Counted from the first letter of the stretch, positions 1 to 14,554 are shown. The stretch: 64,000 nucleotides of DNA from Octopus vulgaris (GCA_951406725.2 OX597818.1:90954001-91018000), one strand, 5' to 3'. The notes: generated by a model from the letters alone, not told the origin. Numbers and translations are program-made.

Positions 1-2413
1 GATTGGGATATGACCCCTTGTTTTAGTATACCTAGATATCTCTTCCTCAAACGGCAGAGAGGGCTTTTCAAGGGTCATTTTCATTGCCTTTCCTCCTGAT
101 TATTGGAGGAGCGAGGTAAGAAAACGACTTCGTTTGTGTAATTTTTATATCTGTAGACGCAGTAAAATTGTCAATTAACCCTGCATTTCACTGCTATTTT
201 CTTGATAATTTTAACTGTACAGCTGAATTTAGGACTTAAACCGTATTGCTGTGGTCTGAGATATAGGCCAATCATGTTAGGTGACATCGGCCTAATTGCC
301 AGGGAGTCGTACGATGAATAGAAAACTTCCATGATTTTGCCTGCCAAAATATGGATGTGAATATAAAAACGCGGGAAAATAAGTGTGGAAGTTCCAGAAG
401 GTTATAGGACAGGGTACCCAGTTGCTGTTTGACCTTGTGCTTAAAATGATCACTTTGCCCACAATGTACTTCTCAAAGCACGTACCATATACACAATACC
501 TTCACCTCTTGCTACAAGAATATGTAGCTTGCCAGTACTGAGCCAGACACAACATACGTATATCCCTCACTTCGGGTAATCAGCAATATAACATCTGGCA
601 TGTAGATTTAGTAATCAATATAACGTATGTGATTAAATTAATGGTTTCATAAAAAATTCTAAAGTGGATTTAGTTGCATAAGGAGGAAAATACGAACCTA
701 AACCAACCAAATTCAGTCTGACCAAATAAAGTAATATATCAAATATCCATCTAATCAATGTTAAAAATGTAACTTATCCTTATGTCTTTTAGCACACATA
801 CACTGATTGTATCTCTGTAAAAGGATTTCCCCTACGGAGTTTTCGATTTTTATGGGAAAAAAACAAAATGAACGTGTAAAAATTGGGGTCGATGGAATAC
901 GTTACCTTTTTTAACCAGAAACTTCACCAGGGAAAGTTTACAATTTTCTGTACATCACCTGAGAGACGAGCAGCATATAACAATATAAACAATGCATACA
1001 CTCGGATACAAGGTCTTATTTTTAGCCTCCATAATAGCATGTACTAAGGTAATAATCAATTATTTGACAGTACACAGCAGAGTGGTTCCTTTTTGATAAT
1101 TTGAAATGAGAGATATCCTTTTGTGATTTTAAATCAACGTGCAATTGATAGAGACCTACTAAGCAGTGTACAAATTTACTTACATTATAATTACATACAA
1201 ACTACTAATTTATCTCCCCTTACTTAGAAAATGTATGAAAATATTCAACAATTAGGCCCGACATTTCTTGAGGTAGAGCGATAAGAGAAGATGTGGGGTA
1301 AAAGAGGTATATGGTGGTGAAGCTAAAATAATACGCTTTTTAAGGAATTTGTACCTCTCACTTCAAATTATGCAAAATTAACTCGTTTGCTAAGATCATT
1401 CGCCCTTATTTTCATTTTTCCTTTGTCGTCTCCTATTCCACCTTTACTTTTCTGGATATACATTTCTAAATCGACTTCATCGAACCAAATTATCATCACC
1501 ACCGCTTTCTATAAATCTCCCGAGCCAATTCTTACCGTAACTGTTCTTCGAAGTCCAAACATATCAAACATGCCACCCCCTTATTCTGTTTCCTGTGTCT
1601 CAGCCCTCTGTGCAGCAGAGATCACGATCTTGAGACTGAATCTCAATACATGGTCCGTTTGCTCATTCCCACAAACATTCACTCCACTGTAATCAAAGGT
1701 GGCAAGCTATCGAGTGACATCGAAAATCACAAATCTTCCAATTAATATTGCTTAACATCGTTTATCAAAACAAAATGTTCGTTTAAAATTAATTAAACAT
1801 ATTGACGAACTCTAAACACAAATGCGAACACTGGAAAATTACCAGTCAGAATAACGGAGTCAGATTTTGCAAAACCATTTTTTCAAATAGATGTCAAACA
1901 AATTAATTAAAACCCTCTGTTGCTACTGTCCACAATGATGTTTTCAAACATTATTATTGAACATTAAAATATGATCTGAACATACAATGACATCTATATT
2001 AGTTAGCCTCGACGATGTAAATCAACACCTTTCGACACATAGAACTAAATGTATATTAATCACAGGTTGATCTTTTATTGGAGAAACGTTAATTCCTAAT
2101 TAAAAAAAGAAGTCTAATATATTACCTGTGCAAATGCGTGCGCACTCACACTCACCATGGATTGGACATACAGAACACACGTGCGCGCATACACGCACAC
2201 CATATTTAGTCAGATCAACGTGATAAAGAGAACAGCCCTCTCTCTCCGCCTCCCTCCCCCTCTCCCCGCTCTTTATATATATATACATGTATGTGTATGT
2301 ATATATATATATATATATATATGCACACACGCACACACGCACACACGCACACACGCACACACGCACACACGCACACACATATATACAAATATACGTTCTC
2401 ACAGACTGTTATG

Positions 2414-2499
<86 letters not shown>

Positions 2500-2613
2500 C
2501 ATATATACATATACATATATATATATATATGAAATATATATATATAGACGCTTGCACACAGACACACAAAGCATGTTCGTGCGTGCACACATACACACGC
2601 ACACACACATACA

Positions 2614-2675
<62 letters not shown>

Positions 2676-3789
2676 AGTAGTGAATGAAAGAGAGAGACAC
2701 TGGATGTTGTAGAAGAGTGGCAGAATGCGATAGACCGCGACAGAGAAAGGGAATCAGGGACAGTTAATGAGAGCAATATATACGTTTGGCTCCGAGTAAC
2801 TTTGATATCGAAAGAGAATTAATCACAAATCGGAGCAACATAATAATGATAAAAAAAAAAGTAAGGCGCCAAATGTCAGAGGCCTATAAGCAAGAAAACA
2901 TATTAGCTACGATCAGAAAGCTGTAATTTGCAAACGAATATTGGAACTAAGAGCCAACAAGGCTGCAATTATCCTCTTTCTTTTAACACATCTACAACGT
3001 CCAGTCTGCTAAATAACCAGTAATTCAGACAAGTAGGCAGACCAAACAGCCTTTACTCTAAACCCTGACATTTTCTCCTTTATTTGTCCAATCATTCATA
3101 ATGTCTGATGTTTATCTATCAAGGGACCTTTGCGATTGTGACCTGATGTCTGTCTGTTGGTTGGTTGGTTGGTTTATTGCTGTTAGAATGTATGTTTGAA
3201 TTAGTGGTTGTGTAGTGACTATAAGAGTTGTAGGTTCGTTCCTACGTGTGGTTGCTGCTATTACTAATGTTGTATTATGGATTGTAGTGTTAGAGTTAAT
3301 GGTTATAGTAAGAGTTGTTAATTGTATTGGAGAAGCAAGTCGTGAGTAATGGTAGTAGAGTTTGAATAAATAGCTATTGATAAAGACGACCTCGAGTCTG
3401 GGAGTTAGATGGCGGCTTTGCATAGTTAAAGAAGGGGAGGAAAAGGAGCGGCTTGCCACGAGTGATACTTTTATGAAAGCAGCAGCTTCGGGCTTGCTCT
3501 ATAACCCTGTATAGAGGTGGGTGTAGAGGAACGACACATTCCAGGGCTGTTCCACTCTAAATCAATTATTAGCCAAATTATACCGATACCAGTACACAAC
3601 TGGTATCTATATTATCGAGTCGAAAGAAAGAAATGCAAAGTCACTTCGGCGGCATTACAATTATAACCGAGATTCTTCTCATATATACATGAATGTTTAC
3701 ATATAAATAAATGCAAAATAGCACATGCAAAAGCAGCAATAAAGAGAAAAATAACCGTTTCTCTCATAGTCAAAAGGTCTAAAATTTTT

Positions 3790-4490
3790 GGGAGAGGGTT
3801 GTCGGTAACGTCGACACCAGTACTCAACTGGAACTTATTTTAATGATCCTAAAAGGAGGAAAGGCCAAGCTGACCTCGGCAGAGATTAAACTCAAAATGT
3901 AAAGACTGACGAAATTCTGCTAAGAATTCTGTCCGGTGTGCTAAAGATTCTACCAGCTCGTCACCTTAATGATAATAATAATTCTTTCTAATTTTTGGCA
4001 CAAGGCAATTAATATTATGGGTCAAGATTAATCGATTATATCGTCACCCATGATCAACTGGTATTTTTTTTATCTATCCCGAAGTGGTGAAAGGCAAACT
4101 AAACCTTCATGGCATTTGAACAACCAGAATAACTGCTGCTAAGAATTTTCATCAATAATGTCTGAAATTTTTGAGGAGATTGCTAATCAATTACATCGAC
4201 CCCAGTGCTCAAATGTTACTTATTTCATCGAACTCAATAAGAGTATGGAAAACAAAGTCGAACACGGCAAAATTTGTACTCGTCGCCTTCTCGTACCAAA
4301 ATAATCCAGGTGAGAGGGCAAGTCGATTACATTAACTTCAGTACTCAGCTAGTGCTTATTTTATTCGCCTCGAAAGGATGAAAAGCAAAGTCGACCTCGA
4401 TGGAATTTGAACTGAGAGCGTGAAGTTCTGCGAACTGCTCTAAGCATTTTATCCAGTGTACTAACGGTTCTGTCATCTCGTTGCCTGTAA
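3790..4490 (-). mobile_element. Cluster of about 4 diverged SINE family A copies
   Basis: Repeated reverse-complement core, e.g. GAAAGGATGAAAAGCAAAGTCGACCTCGATGGAATTTGAACT. Confidence 0.7.
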
Positions 4491-5321
4491 CCATGAAATT
4501 AATCAAAGCATTACATGGTATCAGAAATTTCTCCTTACATCAACCGCAGTGAAATAACCCAAGAACACTACAGCAATAGAGACAGCGAGAATGATAATAA
4601 TAATGACAATACCTAGAACATTAACTGTATTAACAAAATCGGGTATTGAACCTTTATCTCAATACTGTCTAGCTAACGGGAAAATCGATGATTTGTGGGA
4701 GCAAAGTACTTTCTATGCTTTTAGTAGTGCGCCATAATTATCTCTCTGTTCGATCTGTTGTTAAGTCAATGCTTTAGATCTTCAGCCGAGACAATTGTCT
4801 TATTATTTACAGATTAAGCGAAGATAATATTGCTTCACGTTTTACTTTGAAATTGAACTCTATTGACCTGTATGGCGCATCGAAACTATAATGTATTGTT
4901 TCTATGAATGTATGTGTTTGGATAGGAACATACAGTAATGCATATGTGCTTACATGTGTGTAGGTGTGTTTGTGTATGTGTGTCTACGTGTATTTGCGTG
5001 TTGTGTAAATATGTGTAAGTGTGCGCGTGTACGGTCGCACCTATATACGTATAATGTGAAAGACAGCTGTACAGATAGAAATAACCAAAGAGGAGAATGA
5101 TTCAGGTATAAATATTTACATACAAACACACAAATAAACATTCACACATACACAAACACACACACATATGTAATATATGTAATTATATATATACATACAT
5201 ACATACCAAATAAGTTAGGGGTTGTTGATCCAACCCACTAAGGGATAATACTTATCCAATACACTGTTGGTATACTACCCAAATTATTAATACACAAGGG
5301 TTTATATATATATATATATGT

Positions 5322-5420
<99 letters not shown>

Positions 5421-5603
5421 CATATATACATACATATATATATATATACGCACACACACACACATATATATATATATTTACACGTTATACATATATACGC
5501 AAATAAGTGTGTGAATGTATACATGTAAACAATCACATTCCAAAATATATATATACATATGCATGTATATTTAAACCAATGTATATATATATATTGGTGT
5601 GTA

Positions 5604-5653
<50 letters not shown>

Positions 5654-6308
5654 CGTGCGTGTGTTAGTATATGTCCATATGAACAACAGAATATTGAATA
5701 GCAAAGTCGTCCCTTGTGAAATCTGAACTTGGAGTCTACACAGATGAAAGTGGATCGTTAAAAATATTTCGCTTGGCGCTTTATTGTCTCGGCACCTTTA
5801 CAATATAAATAATAACGATTTCTAACATACAGAAAGACACCAAAATTATTTCAGAGAAGGATTTAGTCAAAAGGAAACTGTAAACAGAGATGATGATGGA
5901 TCTAATTGATGTAGAAGGCACAACAGATTTGAAATGGTCAGCTTTATTGTAGCCTTGTTCATGTTGATCATTGTATTAAGCGTATCAATATAGAAATTAA
6001 AATAGTAATTCCCTCTAATCTTGGTTGATTGCTTCTAATCAATTTTGAGGGGAGGGTTAAGTCGATTACATAGACTCCAGTTTTCAATTGGTACACATTT
6101 TATCCAGCCGAAACAATGAAAGGCAAGGTCGATCACGGTAGCATTTGAACTAGGAATGTAAGAAGCCGGATGAAATGCCGCTGCCTTAATTAAAATAGCC
6201 AAAATGTTCTCAAATTTTGGCTTAAGACCAGCAGTTATTATAGATTCCGAAAGGATGAGAAGCAAAGTTGTCCTCAGCGGAGTTTTAATTCAAATTGTAA
6301 AGCTGGAA

Positions 6309-6611
6309 TTCTGTTGTGTCTGGGGTGAGTCATTTTCTTTTTGTGTCTTATAATGTGACACACTGACCGGTGATATTTCCACTTATTTCTTATTTTTATT
6401 TTCCTAAAATTTTCTTTGCCCCTTGCTATTGAAAAGGTTGCAAGGCGCAGCGAAAATTTTAGAAAAATAAAAATAAGAAATAAGTGAAAATTTCACCGGT
6501 GAGTGTGTCACATTATAAGGCACAAAAAGAAAATGACTTTCCCCAGAACAACATAATATATGCTTCAACACACGAACTCATATAATGAATTTTGCAAACC
6601 AAATCCAAAAA

Positions 6612-6648
<37 letters not shown>

Positions 6649-6864
6649 TAGGGTAAGCTTGTGCATAAATGTATGTATGTATACTTGTATGAATGTATGT
6701 GTAAGTATATCTATATACGTATGTGTGTGCATGTGTGCGTGTGCGTACGTGTCAATGTACATTATAAGGCACAAAAAGAAAATGACTCTCCCCAGACACA
6801 ATAGAATATGCTTCAACACACGAACTCATATAAAGTATCTTGCAAACCAAATCCAAAAACGAAC
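6309..6864. mobile_element. Non-autonomous PLE-type insertion (inverted + partial tandem copies) with 13-bp TSD, splitting a SINE
   Basis: TGTAAAGCTGGAA at 6296-6308 and 6865-6877. Inverted arms 6312-~6425 / ~6437-6553. Direct repeat of ~6506-6612 at ~6750-6861. Confidence 0.7.
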
Positions 6865-7343
6865 TGTAAAGCTGGAAGAAATGCCAATAAGCACTTTGCC
6901 CGGCATGTTAAGATTCTAACAGCTCGCGGGAGCAATAATTGTCTCAAATTTTGGATGAAGTCCAGCAATTTTAAAGGAATGGGATAATCGAACACGTCGA
7001 CTCTAATGTTTGATTGTGACGGGTACCTATTTTGTCGAGTATGAAACCTTTAGTCGACCATCGGCGGCATTCAAGAAGGATTTTGTTTTGGAAGCTAACG
7101 CTTCCGTCAGCTCATCACTTGAGTTAAGAGTTCTGATACGATATTGCTAACTGTAATTTATTTCCGAATCGTTAGAATTTGAGAGAAATTGTGACACCAA
7201 AATAACATAATTTATGTGGTGGCTTCTCCTTTTCAAGGCATTCTCCCAGCATATTAACCTACGTGAGAAATAGAACTAAAAAATGTAAAGTGAAATGCAT
7301 ATGACAAGGTGGGCCTTAGTCTACGTATGTATAGAGAAAAATA

Positions 7344-8576
7344 GGATCTTTTCTATTTTGAGGCCAGTTTTTTCAAATTTTTCCTACTGAACCAAACAAT
7401 TTGAAACTTCGTATACTGGTAGAATGTGTCAAAAGTAAACTTAATTGTAAACCAGAATGAAAACGGAATTGTAACTTCTAAGTTTAACGTTGTTTAATAA
7501 TTAGAATTTTAACCAATGATATTCCGTCATTCGGCTTTATTTTATTTACTCCGTCTCGACCACCAATTTCGTGACGTATTTAACATCTTAAATGTAAACA
7601 AGTCAGCCACCTTCTAATAACAATATTTAAAACTAGTTAATAAGCCACATGTATTAAATTGAAAATGTTTCCATTCTGTATGTCTGCATGTATGTGTGTA
7701 TGTATGTGTAAGTATGTGTGTGTGTATGTATGTGTGTGTGTGTATGTATGTATAGCCGATTCATCGTAATCGTAATTACGATGAATTGGCCATACATACA
7801 TAGATACATACACACACACACATACATGCAGACATACATATACACATGCACCGAGTAAAAAATTTCAGTTATCTCTCTCTTTCACACATTACTCTCTCTG
7901 TCTCTTCACACACACTAACAGAAGCACTTCACTTACACAACATACTGTCTCCCACACCCCATCAAACACACACACACACACACTAACAGAAGCACTTCAC
8001 TTACACAACATACTGTCTCCCACACCCCATCAAACACACACACACACACACACACATGTACATCAATGCTTCCCCTAGACGGTAACTTCAAAGACAAACT
8101 TCCCTCGTCATAAAATCGCTTCCTCTTAGTCTCTTTCGCTCTCATTACTTATGTAAAAAAATAAAAGTTTTTTACGGAAATCGACGGAAAACTTGTGCTA
8201 CGACAAGCGAAACTTCGCCGAAATTTAATATTAAAAAAGCAAAGAGCTGGCAGAAACGTTAGCACGCCGGGCGAAATGCGTAGCCGTATTTCGTCTGCCG
8301 TGTTTGTTTACAGTTTTCCGAACGTTAGTACGTCACAAAAGCGCTTTCTACGTCACACTAATAGAATGCAGTCAAGTTTTACACATGAAAACAAACAATC
8401 TGATTGGTTAAAATTCGCAGTTTTAATCTACGATTAAAGTCATAAAATAGATTTTTCTCAAATAAACTAGTTCCAACCTGTGTCTTGTTTTGCTAGACTC
8501 TATCAGCATACGAAGTTTCAGATTATTTAGTTAAGTAGAAAGATCTGTGGTCCTGGCTTCAGAATAGAAAAGATCC
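7344..8576. mobile_element. Non-autonomous TIR DNA transposon with 8-bp TSD (Merlin-like termini)
   Basis: 24-bp TIR GGATCTTTTCTATTTTGAGGCCAG (7344-7367) / CTGGCTTCAGAATAGAAAAGATCC (8553-8576), 2 mismatches. TSD GAAAAATA at 7336-7343 and 8577-8584. Confidence 0.7.
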
Positions 8577-8617
8577 GAAAAATATATACATATGCATAAA
8601 TATATATATATACATGT

Positions 8618-8707
<90 letters not shown>

Positions 8708-8749
8708 AAGGGTGAAAAGGAACACACGTGTTGATATATATGAAAAAAC

Positions 8750-9250
8750 AAGTCAAGATAGAAAATGCTAAAATAATTTTATAAAGAACATTTCAGTACC
8801 GGATTCGGTCATTTTGAGACCTTTTCAACTGTAACGATTAAATAATTAAATTTAGAAAAATTAAAAGAAAAGTTTTTTTTAAAAGAATATTTGTATAGTG
8901 TTCAAATATAAGTGGCATTTTCCTTCTTTCTGCCTTTCTCTGTCTCTCTTGTTTACACTTGTGGGTTCGAGGTCGTTGTGAATTCTTGGTAGGGAAGAAG
9001 AAGAAGAAGAAGAAGAAGAAGAAGAAGAAGAAGAAGAAGAAGAAGAAGAAGAAGGAGAAGAAGAAGAAGAAGAAGAAGAAGAAGAAGAAGAAAAAGAAGA
9101 AGAAGGATGAGGAGAACAGGGGGGTTTGGGAGTGCCTTGATTGTCGTATTTTGAATGGTCAGTGGCGGCTAGCAGTTGCTGTTCAATTCATGAGAGTGTT
9201 TCTATTGAAAGGTTTGTTTATAGAATTTGCGTAGGTGTTATACTAAAAAG
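8750..9250 (-). mobile_element. Penelope pseudo-LTR fragment with minimal HHR-like motif (8794-8831)
   Basis: Homologous (inverted) to 14620-14955. Minus strand CAG-UUGAAAA-GGUC-UCAAAAU-GACC-GAAU-CCGGUA-CUG. Confidence 0.6.
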
Positions 9251-9457
9251 CATTAGTGATAAAGTTAAGAAGTAGAAGGTGGAGCAGAAGAAAATGCACT
9301 CAGTGACACAGACACACACACACATGTATGTATAGAAGTATGTACGTATGACTCATTCTGTGTATACATACTTATGTATGGCTATATATATATATATATA
9401 TATATATACATTTATATATATGTGCAAGTATGTATATAAAAACTCTCTATATACTTT

Positions 9458-9488
<31 letters not shown>

Positions 9489-9558
9489 CCCACACATAGA
9501 CAGCCACGCACATACATATATACCCCTGCACATACGTACTTGCATGTATGCGTACATG

Positions 9559-9594
<36 letters not shown>

Positions 9595-9600
9595 CATACA

Positions 9601-9632
<32 letters not shown>

Positions 9633-10699
9633 AGTAAAGAATGACTATCCAGGTGAGCTGATATGGAAATAGTGATGCAGATAAACACGATGAGGCTTTA
9701 TATATATAAATATACATATGTATATAAACTCGATGCGTATTTCGAGAGTCGAAACAGGGGCAGCTGAAGAAGGGGAATGTTCCTTGTATTGTTTGCCTTG
9801 TACTCTGTTTTTTCGTTGTTAAAAATAGTTTCCTTGTTTGGTTTTATGTTTTCGTTTCTCGTTGTGTTCTACGTTTATTTTTTTATTTGTGGTGTACTGT
9901 ACTCATATATGCATGTATATATACATATAGATCTAGGTATGTACATATATATATGCATATGTTTTATTTATTAAATTGTTATTATATGATTGAACGCACG
10001 CGTCGTTTTCTTCTTCTTCCAAGTAAGTTTTATTTACATATATATATATATATATATATATACATACATACACACACACCACATATATATATATATGTAT
10101 ATAGATATATATATCGTATACATCAAGCGTAATCACTGCCACTGCTCATGCAAAATTTTAGATTTACATGTGTAAAATCTTAGGACACATAGGGCTTGCA
10201 GGACCCCTCATAGAACTCTTTATCCTACTGACATTATCTGGATCAAGATCTAAACTGCAAATATGGATCTCAAGTTTAGGAAAGTAGTAGTAACATTATC
10301 TCAAGCGTAAACAAAAGGCACCCAAAATGTCCAATGCCTTTTCCTGCGTGTCTGGTTTTGTATAAGAGGGACAAAACCTGGGGGGTTGCCTTACTCCCGA
10401 AGTTGTTCCAACACTCCGGATATCAATCCAGAATTACTGAGGGTCAGTGCTATTGATAGATAGTCTTTGAACCTACACTGGGTTCATCAATACTTTTCAC
10501 TTTTCTTAATTTTAGTTCTATTGGTTTTCATATGACCGTCCTCAGCAGACTGACTTGGTGGTGGAACCCGTTTTATTACTGACAAGTCGACCATGCAGCT
10601 GGTTGTACAAGATTCCTTTTTACCAGTAGAGATCTCACAACTGACCTGTCACAGATATGTTCATAGATTTAATTTTGCATCCATACTTATAATAGATAT

Positions 10700-10940
10700 A
10701 ATTGTTCCTTCTCGAGCCATGCCATACTCATAAGGGCCGGTTTCCCGGTTTCAGTGGCGTAGAAATTTCCCACCTGGACGGGACGCCTGTCCGTCGCAGG
10801 ATTACTCATTTTTGCCAGATTAGTGGACTGGAGCAATGTGAAATGAAGTGTTTTGCTCAAGAATACAACGCATCGCCCGGTCCAGGAATCGAAACCACAA
10901 CCTTACGATAACCTTAACCACTAAGCCACGCGCCTCCACG
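10700..10940 (-). mobile_element. tRNA-derived SINE family C
   Basis: Minus strand GTGGAGGCGCGTGGCTTAGTGGTTA...GTTTCGATTCCTGG (A/B boxes), TTCTTGAGCAAAACAC, CCTGCGACGGACAGGCGTCCCGTCCAGG. Second copy at ~57010-57236. Confidence 0.7.
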
Positions 10941-11230
10941 CATCCATACATACATATCTGCAAATATACATACATATACACATATGCATACGTACATGCA
11001 TGCATACATACATGTATACATATCTGCAAATATACATACATATACACATATGCATACGTACATGCATACATGATACATACATACATACATTAACGAAGAC
11101 AGGCGAGGGAACGACAAAGAGGTGTAATAGTTTGATGCTCAGGAGGAATAGAAAAGAGTTTGACGCTTCAAGCGTACGCTCTTCGACAGAAAGGAGTGAC
11201 AGGAAAAAGAAAATGTGTGTATGTATGTCA

Positions 11231-11272
<42 letters not shown>

Positions 11273-12204
11273 ATGCAATTAAATACCTTTCCAAGACACC
11301 ACCTGCGATGCTTCACTTTATGAGAGTAATGTAGTGTAAAAAGATATTGTTTATTATTATATTGGATACAGACGTTCGACCAAATAGTCATAGTGAAAAT
11401 CAAACAGAACACTATACTAAATGACAACAACAATAAACAGAATATGCCACCAATTAAATAACTGTATTGTGTAGTCACTCTTTTCCTTCTGTTTATAATG
11501 TTAGCAAAAGTGATAAGGAGATAATTTGAAGCCATTAAGTTGTAAAATGATGTGTCTGTTTTCTACATCAACAATGAAATTATTAGAAATAAAATCAACG
11601 ATTTCAAAAACGATGCAACTAAAATGTTAACAAGACAATGAAGACAACTAAATACATTCATTTTAGTCATTGATGCTATTGTTTATATTACGGAGTCGTT
11701 TTGTGTCATTTAAAGTCATATAAAATAACGCTAGATATAAATAATTGCTTAAAAATAATCAATGATCCATCAATATACTAGTATAGCCTCCTGACGATTG
11801 GGCGTTTCATTAAAGTATGGGTGCTATTTGAGGGAGGTTTGGACATAAAATTTAGCATCCTTGGCAACCGGTTTGAAATTTGGATCGGTAGCTTCTTAAT
11901 AGGGACATACATTTATAAGTGAACAAGGTTTGAGTTTGGAGGATTTGCAGTACTATTCTTTCATTATTTTATTCTTTTACGTGAAATTTTTTTTCTAGTG
12001 GAACAAATCGACTCCAGTGCTTACTTGTTAAGCCTAGCACTTATTCTATCGGTCACTTTTGCGGAACCGCTATTTAGTGGATGTAAATACACCAACACCA
12101 GTTATCAAACAGACACAAAGACACACGCAAAAACACCCACACATATATACATAAATACATACATATATATACATACATGCAAACATACAAACAAACAAAC
12201 ATTT

Positions 12205-12625
12205 ATGTATAGGTTAAATAAAATGAAACAAAGTCAAGTTAGTGTGAAATTTCTAGGATATTTTATAAAGAGACGTGTAGTCTTACAGCTGTTTCAGGGA
12301 TATAAAATATATCCCATCATTAGAAACGATATGAGATAGTTAAATAGAAGCAAATAGTAACAGTTTAATATAAGAAGTTGTTTTAGAAAGGGAGGCATGT
12401 AGGAAATATATTACTCCCTTTCCAAAATATATCTCTCCCTTTCCAACTAAACTTCTTATACTGAACTCTGATATTACCTTCTATTTAACTCTCCCATATT
12501 GTCTCTGATGATAGGATATATTTTATATCCATTACACAGCTGTAAGACTACTGTTCTCTTTATAAAATGTTCTAGAATTTCTACACTGCCCTGCCTTGTT
12601 GTCTCATTTTATTTAACCTATACAT
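12205..12625. mobile_element. Inverted pair of PLE-type pseudo-LTRs, each with a minimal HHR
   Basis: ~12205-12400 is an imperfect reverse complement of ~12430-12625. HHR motifs at 12280-12327 (-) and 12501-12548 (+) share stem III ACAGCTGT. Confidence 0.65.
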
Positions 12626-12773
12626 GCTCACACACGACCCGAGTTATATTCCTCACTCACACTATTATCAAACAGGGAGTCTAATAGCGGCCCTTCCGTA
12701 GCACTTTCATAGCCTTACCTATCTTTTGTATCTTCTGGATACTCAAACCACTCGTATATATATATATATATAT

Positions 12774-12816
<43 letters not shown>

Positions 12817-12880
12817 AGTGGGTTTGGTAGATGGAAACTGAAAGAATCACGTTGTTTAAATATATGCATACATACATACT

Positions 12881-12927
<47 letters not shown>

Positions 12928-13047
12928 TCTACAAAATTTTCCTTGCCACCCTATATTGATTAATTATATATATATATATATATAAACAACGGGATTCTTT
13001 CAGTTTGGTAGATGGAAACTGAAAGAATCACGTTGTTTATATATATG

Positions 13048-13107
<60 letters not shown>

Positions 13108-14189
13108 AGTATGTATGTATGCATATATATAATCAACGGATTCTTTCAGTTTCCATCTACCAAACCCACTCACAAGGCTTTGGTCGGCCAGGGTCTATGG
13201 TAGAAAACACATGTCCAAGCTGTTATGTGGGGACTTGTTAGTAGACCCACTGATATATGGATCTCTCTGTTTCTCACGCACACGCACATATACACACAAA
13301 TATATCTATGTATCTATGCATGCATGTATGTTAATTCATTTATACATTCTTTTATTCTTTTATTTGTTTCGGTCATTTGACTGCGGCCATGCTGAAGCAA
13401 CGCATACATATATATTTATAAATATAGGCGCAGGAGTGGGTCTATGATAAGAAGCTCGCTTCCCAACTCCATCGTTCCTCGGGCCGACCACATCCTTGTG
13501 AGTGTATTTGGTAGACAGAAACTAAAAGAAGCGTGTATGTGAGTACCTGTGTGTTTGTCTTGTTAGTCGCTTAACGACCGACGTTGGTATGTTTTACGTA
13601 CCTGTAACTTAGAGGGTCGGCAAAGAGACCTAGAAATAAGTAAGTTCTCTGTACAGTAAGTTTTTATATTCTAGCTTTCTTTAGACAGACAATATTTATA
13701 TATTTCTAAAAATTATTTTCAAGTGAATACCATTATAAAAGTCATTTTGGCATATTTTAAAAATATTTTTAAAGTGAAAATGACTGAAGATGCGGTAAAT
13801 ATTTCGTAAAAGACCCGTTCGTAACCTCGTTCTCAAATAATTTCTTTCCATAGGTTTTTGTCGAGTGCATTCAACGTATCTCACCTTCAAAGATTTGGCT
13901 GCTATTTCTAGCACGTCCTGCTACTACGTAACAGCTATTTGCGATAAAGGAGCCGAAATAACTTTTATGTGGTAGCATTGCGTGCAAGAAATAGCAGCGA
14001 AATCTTTCCTTTTCTGGAGAAAGGAGAGGTTCACACGTGATTTCGATGTCACAATCGTTGAAAGCATACGAAATAACCTGGAAAAGAAAAAAAACGGAAC
14101 AAAACTCTGTTGCTGGGAAACTCGAACTTTCCCGGGGATCCAACGGGTCACAGGTGGTCTGATCTAGTATGTATGTGTGTATATACTAG

Positions 14190-14505
14190 AAGCCAATTTG
14201 CCATCAAGATGTAGGACAAGATACTGTGATAGCCTGGGCTTCCGAGGCCCACAGCTCTTCAATATCCTCCCGAAGAACCTAAGAGACCTGTATGGATGCA
14301 GATGTCTTTAAAATGAAACTGGATCTCTTCTTGTCAGGTGTCCCAGATGAACCAACTTCACGGCAGGAGGTGCAGATGAGGGCAGCTGCATCGAACTCTC
14401 TCATGCACCAGATGGAAATTGCTAAAAAGCATTCGTGAAGTAAAATCATGTAGCAACACCAAATGGCGGTGCCCCAGCACGGCCACAGCTTGTGAGCTGA
14501 AACTA
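14190..14505 (+). mobile_element. CR1-type LINE 3' fragment
   Basis: YCDSLGFRGPQLFNILPKNLRDL..DVFKMKLDLFLSGVPDEP, typical of CR1-group ORF2 C-termini, followed by 3' UTR and (TAAA)n. Confidence 0.6.
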
Positions 14506-14554
14506 AATAAATAAATAAAAAAATTTAAAAATATATATATATATATACATATAC

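Noticed and set aside
1-600. Possible Helitron Pif1 helicase remnant (NEVVFLPR-like peptide on the minus strand)
   Set aside because: Matches are short and out of the expected order; not distinguishable from chance by eye.
2100-2700. Many ORFs rich in YI, HT, CV, poly-K, poly-D, poly-L or poly-I (here and throughout the window)
   Set aside because: They are translations of (TA)n, (CA)n, (TACA)n, (AAG)n, (GAT)n and (AAT)n microsatellites, not proteins.
3112-3480. ORF 3112-3459 (-) as a gene
   Set aside because: Low complexity. It weakly resembles a decayed Penelope C-terminus but is too degraded to call.
9760-9800. Hammerhead at GGCAG-CTGAAGA-AGGGG..CCTT
   Set aside because: No GAAA after the putative stem II. 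At most a decayed relic.
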